This document shows, in pieces, positions 46,497 through 54,255 of a stretch of 64,000 nt of DNA. Numbering within the stretch: the stretch's first letter is position 1; each line of letters begins with the position of its first letter. The notes under the pieces were generated by a model that made no database searches, was not told the DNA's origin, and was given only the letters and a program-made list of their open reading frames with translations. The stretch is from an uncultured delta proteobacterium (GTDB lineage: Bacteria > Desulfobacterota > Binatia > Binatales > Binataceae). Location of the stretch: assembly GCA_963851325.1 (NCBI GenBank), contig CAWKOR010000002.1, forward strand, positions 263,289 to 327,288, given 5' to 3'. Both the position numbers and the translations under genes were made by a program.

Positions 46497-48080
46497 CTAG
46501 CCCTTACCCGACGACTTTATCACCAGGTAGATGGTGGTACCGCCGCGCTGGACCAGGAGCAGCGCCGATTTCTTGGTGCTCTTGGCCGCTTTGGCCTTGC
46601 TCAGGAAGTCGCTTACCGACGACACCTTGTCATGATCGACTTCCAGGATTAGGTCGCCGGCCTGAATTCCGGCGTCAGCCGCCGGCGAGTCAGGCGCAAC
46701 ATGCCGCACCACCACCCCCTTGTCGGCCTGGAGATGGAACTGGCGCGCAATCTCGGCCGTGATATCGCCGACCTGCATGCCCCAGTTGGTGCCCGGCTCC
46801 TCGGCCTTGGCAGTCTGCACCTGCGCCTCTTTCAACTCGCCGACTGTGACCTGAAGGGTCTTATGCTTGCCGTTGCGGACGACCTCGACGTCGACCGTCT
46901 TGTTGATCGGGGTGTCGGCGACCAGCACCGGGAGTTCATGCTCGTCATGCACTTCCTTACCGTTGAACTTGAGCACCACATCGCCACGCTCCAGCCCCGA
47001 CTTCGCCGCGGGACCGTCCTTCTCGATGCTCGCGACCAGCGCGCCCTCAGGCTTGGCGAGGCCGAACGACTGCGCGAGGTCCGGGGTCACTTCCTGGATC
47101 TCCACTCCCAGCCATCCGCGCACCACGCGTCCATGCGCCTTGAGCTGGTCCATCACGTGCTTGGCGAGATTGACCGGGATCGCGAAACCGATTCCCGCAT
47201 TGGTTCCGGTGCGGCTGTAGATCGCGGTATTGATGCCGATGACCTGCCCCTGGGTATTGAACAACGGGCCACCCGAATTTCCGGGATTGATGGAAGCGTC
47301 GGTCTGGATGAAATCGTCGTAGTTGCCGCCGAGCATGCGCCCTTTGGCGCTGATGATGCCGGCCGTGGTGGTCAGCGTGAACCCGAATGGATTGCCGATC
47401 GCGACCACCCAGTCGCCAACATCCATGTTGTCGGAATTGCCCAGCTCGGCGACCGGCAGCGGATCCTTGCTCTCGATCTTGATCAGCGCGAGATCGGTCT
47501 TGGCGTCCTTGCCGATGACCTTGGCGGTGAATTCGCGCTTGTCCATCAACGTGACATGGATTTCTTCAGCGCCGCCCACCACGTGATTGTTGGTCATGAT
47601 GTAGCCGTCGGGCGAAACGATGACACCCGATCCCAAGCCGTGTTGCTTGTAATCGTGCGGAGTCTGGCCGAAGAAGCGCCGGAACTGCTCAAATGGATCG
47701 CCGCCGCTGCCGGGAGGCATTCCTGGAGGTCCTTCGGGGCCGGCGCCCTCATCAGGGCCACCTTCATCGGGTCCGCCCTGCATCCCGCCGACCTTGACTT
47801 CCTGAACCACCGCGACGTTGACCACCGTGGGTTTCACGTGCTTGACCAACGGCGCGAACGAGGTGATGACGCCCACCTTTTCGTTCGGCTCGGGCTGATT
47901 GGCCGGGGCGGGCGAAACGTTCTGGGCGGTGGATTGCTCCTGCTGTGGAGACTCCGCGGCAGGGCTGGACTGGGCTGCGGGCTTTTCCGAACCCCAAAGC
48001 TGAAACGCGCCCGCACGCGCGAATGCGACGACCAATCCGATGATGACGCCAATCGACACGGCGCCGATTTTCTTGATCAT
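46497..48080 (-). CDS. degP: Periplasmic serine endoprotease DegP/HtrA (trypsin domain plus two PDZ domains)
   Basis: 527 aa with a signal/TM N-terminus, catalytic triad contexts (TNNHVV, DLALIKI, GNSGGPL) and two PDZ domains. Confidence 0.9.
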   Translation of the reverse strand: MIKKIGAVSIGVIIGLVVAFARAGAFQLWGSEKPAAQSSPAAESPQQEQSTAQNVSPAPANQPEPNEKVGVITSFAPLVKHVKPTVVNVAVVQEVKVGGMQGGPDEGGPDEGAGPEGPPGMPPGSGGDPFEQFRRFFGQTPHDYKQHGLGSGVIVSPDGYIMTNNHVVGGAEEIHVTLMDKREFTAKVIGKDAKTDLALIKIESKDPLPVAELGNSDNMDVGDWVVAIGNPFGFTLTTTAGIISAKGRMLGGNYDDFIQTDASINPGNSGGPLFNTQGQVIGINTAIYSRTGTNAGIGFAIPVNLAKHVMDQLKAHGRVVRGWLGVEIQEVTPDLAQSFGLAKPEGALVASIEKDGPAAKSGLERGDVVLKFNGKEVHDEHELPVLVADTPINKTVDVEVVRNGKHKTLQVTVGELKEAQVQTAKAEEPGTNWGMQVGDITAEIARQFHLQADKGVVVRHVAPDSPAADAGIQAGDLILEVDHDKVSSVSDFLSKAKAAKSTKKSALLLVQRGGTTIYLVIKSSGKG

Positions 48081-48356
48081 GAATCCCTCCTGGCCTGTGC
48101 AGACGGATCACACACTAATCCGGCCGCAACGAAAACCACACTCTCTCGCATATTGTGACGATAGCCATCGTCCAAAATTCAGCCGCTGCCCCAAATAGTT
48201 AGACGAATGCAAAGTGTAGCGCGGCGATGGCGGGTCGCCCTGATCGTAGCAAGCAGCGCCGATGTATCAAGTAGGGGCTATCAAAAAAGGCATCGCAGCG
48301 CCGGTGACGCGAACTCCGGCATCCGCCGCCACAGCGTCCAAAATAGAAGTATCGCT

Positions 48357-49043
48357 TTAGATTTGTCCGCGACGCGAAATCCGCCGCGCTTCCCGCCCCG
48401 CAGCCGGGTCATCCTCGAACAGATCACGATGCCGATCGATCTCGGCCATCGCCCATTCGCAGAACTCCACCTCCTCGCTGGCAAACCCGATTCCGCGCCG
48501 CAGCGTGAAGTAGACGAACATCTGGTTGACGTCCTGGTAGGGCCCGGCCTCAGTGATCGCGCGATCGTAGCCGCGCAGCTCTTCGAGGTAGGCTGCCATC
48601 GCATCGCGCATTTCGGCAAACTTCGCGCGTGCACCGTCGGCGCCCAGATGCCCGAAGAAGCGGCTCTTGAGCAGCGGAGGATTCTTCATCTTGAACGGCT
48701 CGTACCGGCTCCCGAGCCATTCGAGCATCACCCGGCGACCCTCGGCGGTGATCGAGTAAACCCGTTTGTTGGGACGTCCGCGCTGGATGATCTCGCGTCC
48801 GGCAATCCATCCGTCGTGCTCCATCCGATCCAGGGTGGGATAAATCTGGCCGGGATGTGCATGCCAGTAGTGCACCATCGAGATACGGAAGATCTGCACC
48901 AGGTCATAACCGGAGCGCGCGGGTTGCTCGGCGATGAGACCGAGCAGTGCGAGTTCGAGCGACGCCTTGATGCGCGGCGAGGCAGCCTCGCGCCGCCCCG
49001 CCGCCATCGTCGTATCTCTTCTATTTGTAGTCTTCTTCTTCAT
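48357..49043 (-). CDS. PadR-family transcriptional regulator
   Basis: Winged-helix PadR N-terminal domain (LELALLGLIAEQPARSGYDLVQIF...WHAHPGQIYPTLDRMEHDGWI). A GGAAGGGG RBS lies 6 nt upstream of the ATG. Confidence 0.8.
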   Translation of the reverse strand: MKKKTTNRRDTTMAAGRREAASPRIKASLELALLGLIAEQPARSGYDLVQIFRISMVHYWHAHPGQIYPTLDRMEHDGWIAGREIIQRGRPNKRVYSITAEGRRVMLEWLGSRYEPFKMKNPPLLKSRFFGHLGADGARAKFAEMRDAMAAYLEELRGYDRAITEAGPYQDVNQMFVYFTLRRGIGFASEEVEFCEWAMAEIDRHRDLFEDDPAAGREARRISRRGQI

Positions 49044-49049
49044 TCGGTT

Positions 49050-49073
49050 CCCCTTCCACTTTAGGGGAAGGGG
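49050..49073. other. Perfect 8-bp inverted repeat CCCCTTCC-N8-GGAAGGGG between the carotenoid oxygenase stop and the padR start
   Basis: Read directly from the sequence. It overlaps the padR RBS and could be an operator or an intercistronic hairpin. Confidence 0.3.
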
Positions 49074-49085
49074 TTAGGAGTTAGG

Positions 49086-50441
49086 TCAGCTCGCCTGCAC
49101 CCAATTCCCATGGAACCCGAATGGTACCCGATGCGCCAGCTTCACACGCGCCACCGGCGTCGAGGTGAAATCCGCCGCATCCTGGATCACCAGCTCGCTG
49201 CGATTGTTGTCGCCGTCGTACCACACTGACAGCACCCATCCATCGAGCTCACCAGATTTGTGCGCGCGAGGAACGAACACCGGCTCGCCAGGGCGGGTGT
49301 TGGGTCCGAGCGAGAACTTCTCCGCGGTGTTCTTCTGATAGTCGCGCTTGGTCAGACTGGTGAAGCCGAACCCCGAGGCCGGACGCGCGGAGCCGAAGTA
49401 TCCGTAGCGATGCTTGAAGCCCGCGAGACGATCATCGATGCGCGGGAACTCATTGGTCTCGTCATCGATCTGGATCTGCTTCACTCCGCCTTCTTTCATA
49501 TCGAGCGCGAAGCGATACGGCTGCGGCTGCCCGCTCGGCCCATTGCCGCTCATGTCGAGGCTGGCCATCCGGCAGAAATCGATCACCACCGAATTGCCCT
49601 CTTCGTAGGCGTTGAGGAAGTGGAACACGAAGAACGCATCGGTCTGGAACCACTTCACCTCGAGGCTCTTGCGATTCATCACTCCGATGCGCGTGCCATG
49701 TTGCGGCTCCCACTGCAGCGGCGCCTTGCCCTGCGCGACATTCTCGAGGCGAAAGACCGAAGGGCACACGAAGAAGATCGCATAGTTCTCGGTGGTCACG
49801 AAGTCGTGCATCATCACCGGCAGTCCGGTATCGATCGGATGCGACTCGACCAGGTTCCCTTTCACATCCGCGCGATGCCACGTGACGTACGGCGGCACCG
49901 GCTGATAGCCGAAGAACAGCAGCTCCCCGGTTTTCGGATCGAACTTCGGATGCGCCGTCATCGGGCCGGTAAGGCGATCGCAGAAGTTGTACATCCCCAC
50001 CGTCTCGAGCGTCACCGGTTTGAGCTCGTGCGGCAGTCCCCCTTCCCACAACGCCAGCAGCCGATTCGCGTATCCGATGATGTTGGTGTTGGCGGCATTC
50101 TTGAACGGACCCTCGGGACCGACTTCCTTGGGCATCTCGGCCAGCCCGCCGAACAGCGACTTGCCCGCACGCATCTCGGCTGCGAGGCCCGCGGTCTTCA
50201 CGTAGCGATTGCGATAGCTGGCCTTGCCGTCGCGCAAGGTGAAGCCGTGAATCATCCCGTCGCCGTCGAACCAGTGATAGCGGCCGCGCGGCGGATAATG
50301 CGGATTGGGCCCGATGCGATAAAGCGAGCCGTCGAGGTCTTTGGGAATCTCGCCGTCGACCAGCAGGTCGAACTCGTCGCCCTCCTCACGCCATGGAGCA
50401 TAGTTGCCATTGAGGAATTGATTGGTGGAGTCGTACATCAT
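49086..50441 (-). CDS. Carotenoid cleavage oxygenase (RPE65/CCO family)
   Basis: 451-aa seven-bladed propeller pattern with the four conserved iron-ligand His contexts (HWFDGDG, HPK.D, HDFVTTENY, FHG). Confidence 0.85.
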   Translation of the reverse strand: MMYDSTNQFLNGNYAPWREEGDEFDLLVDGEIPKDLDGSLYRIGPNPHYPPRGRYHWFDGDGMIHGFTLRDGKASYRNRYVKTAGLAAEMRAGKSLFGGLAEMPKEVGPEGPFKNAANTNIIGYANRLLALWEGGLPHELKPVTLETVGMYNFCDRLTGPMTAHPKFDPKTGELLFFGYQPVPPYVTWHRADVKGNLVESHPIDTGLPVMMHDFVTTENYAIFFVCPSVFRLENVAQGKAPLQWEPQHGTRIGVMNRKSLEVKWFQTDAFFVFHFLNAYEEGNSVVIDFCRMASLDMSGNGPSGQPQPYRFALDMKEGGVKQIQIDDETNEFPRIDDRLAGFKHRYGYFGSARPASGFGFTSLTKRDYQKNTAEKFSLGPNTRPGEPVFVPRAHKSGELDGWVLSVWYDGDNNRSELVIQDAADFTSTPVARVKLAHRVPFGFHGNWVQAS

Positions 50442-50516
50442 GCGGAGCTCTCCTCGCGCGGAATTTACTCAAGGAATGTACTATTCCAATATTGAACTAT
50501 AGAGTCAAGCGACGAT

Positions 50517-51089
50517 TTGATCTCATCTGATGCCGGGTTGTACGGTCATGTTAAGGTTCTGCCGATGCTGCTTCTTCTGCTGATGTTTGGGCTTGGGTTG
50601 TTGGCGTGGACGTTCATCGAATATGCGATTCACGGATTCCTGAGCCACATCTTCACCACCTTCGCGACGCCCCTGCACCACGAGCATCATCGCAATCCGC
50701 ATGCGGTGTTCACGGTAGGTGCATGGCTCCCGACCGCGATCGTCTCGATGCTCACTTTCGGCATGTTCGGCGTGACTCCGGCGACCACGGTATGGCTCGG
50801 GATCGTGGCGGGCTTTCTCGGCTATGAACTCTTCCACTATCGGATCCACTTCGCGCGCCCGATTTGCGCGCTGGAGGATCGCATGCGCACCCGTCATCTC
50901 GCGCATCATCTTCGTGCGCCGGCGCAGATTTTCGGGGTGACCAATCGCATCTGGGATCGCATACTTGGCACCGAGCCGGATGATGCCCGCCTCGCGGAAA
51001 TGCGAGCATCGGTGGCGACCACCCAACCGCTGACCGGGCCAAGCAACTTCCTTCTCATCTTCCAGCCTTGGTTCTTCCTCACGCGCTAG
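50517..51089 (+). CDS. Fatty-acid hydroxylase / sterol-desaturase superfamily membrane protein (carotene-hydroxylase-like)
   Basis: Four TM helices with histidine boxes HHEHH, HYRIH and HLAHH. Divergent from the carotenoid oxygenase gene. Confidence 0.7.
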   Translation: MISSDAGLYGHVKVLPMLLLLLMFGLGLLAWTFIEYAIHGFLSHIFTTFATPLHHEHHRNPHAVFTVGAWLPTAIVSMLTFGMFGVTPATTVWLGIVAGFLGYELFHYRIHFARPICALEDRMRTRHLAHHLRAPAQIFGVTNRIWDRILGTEPDDARLAEMRASVATTQPLTGPSNFLLIFQPWFFLTR

Positions 51090-51310
51090 CCCCGGCCTTT
51101 CCAGCCCCTGAGTTTGCGAAGCCGCAATTTGGGAGAGGACAGTTGGCGGCATTGCCGCTAACTTGGTGAGGGCCGGAGGCGCTGCGCCACCGGCGTTGGC
51201 CCACCATCCGCGCTCCGGAAAGTGCAGCATTTGTGCGGATAAAGTGGCTTTGTTTTTGCGCATTCGGCGTTCCACTTCGCGCCATTCGAGGTTTTTCGCC
51301 GTCCCTCAGG

Positions 51311-51351
51311 ACCATCGCTCGACGTTGTCGAGTGGTGGCTTTGTTTTTTGC
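51311..51351 (+). terminator. Intrinsic-terminator-like hairpin (12-bp stem with 2 G-U pairs, loop GUU) plus CTTTGTTTTTTGCG, at the end of repeat unit 1
   Basis: ccatcgctcgac-gtt-gtcgagtggtgg followed by a T-rich tract. Confidence 0.5.
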
Positions 51352-51685
51352 GATTTTGTATCTCTTCTGGCGTCCCTTCTCTCGCTTGCGGGAGAAGGTG
51401 GACGGCGCGCTGGTCGCTCTTGGTGTTGCGACCAGCGTGACGGCCGGATGAGGGCCGGTCGCGCTTCGCGACCGGTGGTGGAAGACCACCTGCCTCCGTA
51501 AAAGCGCAGCATTCGTGCGGATAAAGTGGGTTTGTTTTTGCGATTTCTGAGGTTCGACTTCGCACCACGCGAGGTTCTTCGCGCAACGCTCAGGACCACC
51601 GCTCGCGATGCTCGCGATGGCTTTGTTTTTGCGCATTCGGCGTTCCACTTCGCACCACGCGAGGTCCTTCGCCGAGACCTCAGGA

Positions 51686-51730
51686 CCACCACTCGACGTT
51701 GTCGAGTGGTGGCTTTGTTTTGTCATTTTC
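51686..51730 (+). terminator. Intrinsic-terminator-like hairpin (perfect 12-bp stem, loop GTT) plus CTTTGTTTTGTCATTTTCC, at the end of repeat unit 3
   Basis: ccaccactcgac-gtt-gtcgagtggtgg followed by a T-rich tract. Confidence 0.55.
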
Positions 51731-51815
51731 CGATGCTGTGCCACGTCAAAACGACTGCGACGCACATGCGGCGCCGCAACTGCATGATAGCAGAGCTCGA
51801 CCGGCAGCGAATCAG

Positions 51816-52592
51816 CTATTTCCGAATCGTCACGCGCATCCCCGACCACTCATCGTTGATGCGCGTGATGCGGAAGTCCACCAGGCCCACATCCAAGACC
51901 GCTTTGCGAATGATGTTCTGGTTGAGCAATTCCGCACCCTTGCGCCAGATGATCCATAGCCGCCCCGATGCCGCATGAGGTTTCATCGCGACGATGCGAT
52001 CGCGGAGTTTCTCCGGCGAGTGCACGAACCATAGCGTCAGGTCGCGCGGGGAATTGCCGCTATGCATCTTCGCGCCCTCGGGAAGCATGCCCAAGGTCGC
52101 TCGGAATTCGGACGGCTCGCTCATCGACGCGACGATCGAGCCCGCCTTGATGCCCAACTTGTCCGTTAGCGACTTTCCCTCGTAGGCCGCGAACACCGAC
52201 AGCTTCTTCCCACCCTTTGGAGGCTTGGCGCGCGCCTTCTCAAGCGCAGATCCGATGCGAGGCCATGTCGTAGCGATTGCATCGGGCAGCAGTTTCTTGA
52301 TCGATGCGACTTTGTCGTCGGCGCCCTCCACGAGGATGAACGGAACGGTCACCAGCGCGCTATGCGATCGCATCGCCACTGCGATATCGCGTCCGGTGGA
52401 TGGGCTGCGCGAGAGATCGATCACCACCGCGCATGGCACCTCCGTCTTCTTGCGGATGATCGCGGGACTGCTCCACGGCCCGCCCACGATGCGATATCCG
52501 AGCGCGCTCAGTGCCGCCGCGCGCGTCGATGCATCGGCGCTCGAATGCAGCCACACCAGCGGCGTTTCGCTTTTCTTCGGTTTCAGCTTCAA
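51816..52592 (-). CDS. Hypothetical protein with a DUF3052-like C-terminal domain and a receiver-like N-terminal region
   Basis: 258 aa. The C-terminal region (LGIKAGSIVASMSEPSEFRATLGMLPEGAKM...GRLWIIWRKGAELLNQNIIRKAVLDVGLVDFRITRINDEWSGMRV) matches my recollection of DUF3052 family patterns. Confidence 0.55.
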   Translation of the reverse strand: MKLKPKKSETPLVWLHSSADASTRAAALSALGYRIVGGPWSSPAIIRKKTEVPCAVVIDLSRSPSTGRDIAVAMRSHSALVTVPFILVEGADDKVASIKKLLPDAIATTWPRIGSALEKARAKPPKGGKKLSVFAAYEGKSLTDKLGIKAGSIVASMSEPSEFRATLGMLPEGAKMHSGNSPRDLTLWFVHSPEKLRDRIVAMKPHAASGRLWIIWRKGAELLNQNIIRKAVLDVGLVDFRITRINDEWSGMRVTIRK

Positions 52593-52593
52593 G

Positions 52594-54003
52594 CTATTCG
52601 GCGACCGGCTCGATCTTTCGAAAGGCCCACGAATGCGACATCAGGAAGCCGGTCACTCTTCCGTCGTTGGCGACCCGGAAAAGCAACGGCTCTCCGGCGG
52701 GCCGACCGCTCTCGACGGTGAACAGCGTCGGGTCATCGGTGGGGATCAAGCGCTGATCCGGCGCGGGCGGTACGATGGCACTGCCCGGATTCAAAATCAC
52801 CAGCTCTGCATTGCGGCTCGCGATCAACGCGACGCCGCCCATTTGCACATCCTCGTATCTGCCGATGAAGCGCTGATACTTCTCCGGCGTGGGAACCATT
52901 TTGCGCAACGGGAGCGCCGCGTCCGACGACTCGCGAATCGCTGGAATTATGGTTTCGAGTATCTCGTGGCCCAGGACATCGAACGCCATGTTTGGATTGC
53001 CGTTGGTCAAGACGATCGTTCCGACGCGATGCAGCTTGTTGAAGGTGATCTTGGTCAGGAAGCCATGAATGCCACCGCTATGGTGATGATAGATGTTCTC
53101 GCCGCGGCGGTCCGCGCGCCATCCGAGCCCATAGCCGCCCATCCAGTTCGGCTCCATGAACCGCGGGCGATGCATCGCGGTAAGCGACGCGCCCTTGAGC
53201 ACCTGCGTCCCGTCGCGCTTCTCGGCCTTGGTGCGAAACTGCAATGAGATCCAACGCGCGAGATCTTTCACCGATGAGTACAGCGAGCCGGCGGCATCCC
53301 ATCCGCGTAGCGGCGGATGCGGCGCGACCTGCGGGGCGCCCTCAAGCATGCGAATTGTGTATCCGGTCGCCATGCCCGGACGCATTGTATCGGTGAGCAC
53401 GAAGCCGCTGGCGCTCATCCCGAGCGGGTGCAGGAGGTTGCACTCGATGTAGTCGGCATACGGTATCCCGCTGAGGCGACGAATCACCTCGCCCATCAGC
53501 GCGAAGCCAAGGTTGGAATATTTGTATTGGGTCTCTGGTTCGATGACGATTTCGGTGTGCGGCAGCGCCGCAATCATCTCCTCGATCGAAGGAAACTCCA
53601 GCCGCTCCCATCCGCTGTTCGGCCCCTCGCCCGAGAGTCCCGAGGTGTGCGTGAGCAGACGGCGAATGGTCACGCCTTCGGGAGTACCGAAGCGCGCTTT
53701 CGCTGCGGCAAATTCCGGGATGTAGCGAACGATCGGATCATCGATGGCGAGCTTGCCCTCGTCGCGAAGCTGCATGATGGCAGTTGCGGTGAAGGTCTTG
53801 GTGATCGAGCCGCATCGAAACAGCGTATCGGCATCCATCGCGCGATCGCCGGCGAGGTCGGCATAGCCGAAGCCGCGGCTCCATGCGAGTTGCTGGTCGC
53901 GCACGATTCCAATCGCGGCGCCCGGAATGTGCTCGCGCTCCAGCGCGCGATTGACGATCGCCTCGAGTTTCGGGATCAGCGGCTGCAACACCTGGTCTTT
54001 CAT
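52594..54003 (-). CDS. Beta-lactamase-family serine hydrolase (class C / PBP4*-like)
   Basis: The C-terminal 470 aa of ORF 52594..55032 carry the SxxK motif (CGSITKTF), a YxN-like YSN and an HSGG-type motif. The start is assigned to the ATG at 54001-54003 (MKDQVLQPL...) with a GAGGT RBS. The upstream 343 codons have no protein-like features and overlap the divergent gene. Confidence 0.85.
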   Translation of the reverse strand: MKDQVLQPLIPKLEAIVNRALEREHIPGAAIGIVRDQQLAWSRGFGYADLAGDRAMDADTLFRCGSITKTFTATAIMQLRDEGKLAIDDPIVRYIPEFAAAKARFGTPEGVTIRRLLTHTSGLSGEGPNSGWERLEFPSIEEMIAALPHTEIVIEPETQYKYSNLGFALMGEVIRRLSGIPYADYIECNLLHPLGMSASGFVLTDTMRPGMATGYTIRMLEGAPQVAPHPPLRGWDAAGSLYSSVKDLARWISLQFRTKAEKRDGTQVLKGASLTAMHRPRFMEPNWMGGYGLGWRADRRGENIYHHHSGGIHGFLTKITFNKLHRVGTIVLTNGNPNMAFDVLGHEILETIIPAIRESSDAALPLRKMVPTPEKYQRFIGRYEDVQMGGVALIASRNAELVILNPGSAIVPPAPDQRLIPTDDPTLFTVESGRPAGEPLLFRVANDGRVTGFLMSHSWAFRKIEPVAE

Positions 54004-54125
54004 GGAATACCTCGCGGACTGGATTGACAGCGTCGCACCGGCGCGGCGGGTCTGCAACTTTGGGCTCCACCACAGGCGGTGCGGTCCGCAATACCGCTCG
54101 TCGCCGACTGGGGTAGAATATATTA

Positions 54126-54245
54126 CGTGAAGTCGAATCCGTTTCCGTGGTTTCCGTGGTGGCCCAAGATCGAGGAAACCCACTATCTGCCGATCCTGGT
54201 CATCGGCCTGCTGCTTGCGGCGACACTCGCGTATCTGGTTTTGTA
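54126..54245 (+). CDS. Candidate small membrane peptide (~39 aa) upstream of the cytochrome c peroxidase gene
   Basis: A GTG-initiated ORF VKSNPFPWFPWWPKIEETHYLPILVIGLLLAATLAYLVL with an aromatic/Pro-rich head and a single TM helix. It contains a perfect tandem 9-bp repeat TTTCCGTGG x2 (54141-54158). It is below the ORF-track size cutoff. Confidence 0.3.
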
Positions 54246-54255
54246 AACCGAGCCG

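Larger units (their letters stand above)
51205..51740 (+). repeat. Noncoding tandem-repeat array. Two 'head' elements (aaagYgcagcattYgtgcggataaagtggStttgtttttgcg) are each followed by one or two ~90-bp structured units. Each unit ends in a GC-rich hairpin plus a T-tract on the + strand (intrinsic-terminator-like).
   Basis: Units at ~51259-51351, 51541-51632 and 51633-51721 share attcggcgttccacttcgcRccaYKcgaggtYYttcgc...ctcaggaccaYCRctcgacgttgtcgagtggtggctttgtttt. Heads are at ~51216-51259 and ~51497-51541. All six-frame ORFs here are repetitive and mutually overlapping. Confidence 0.6.

Noticed and set aside
46701-48158. 485-aa + strand ORF
   Set aside because: Antisense to degP. The Arg/Leu/Asp-rich composition has no motifs.
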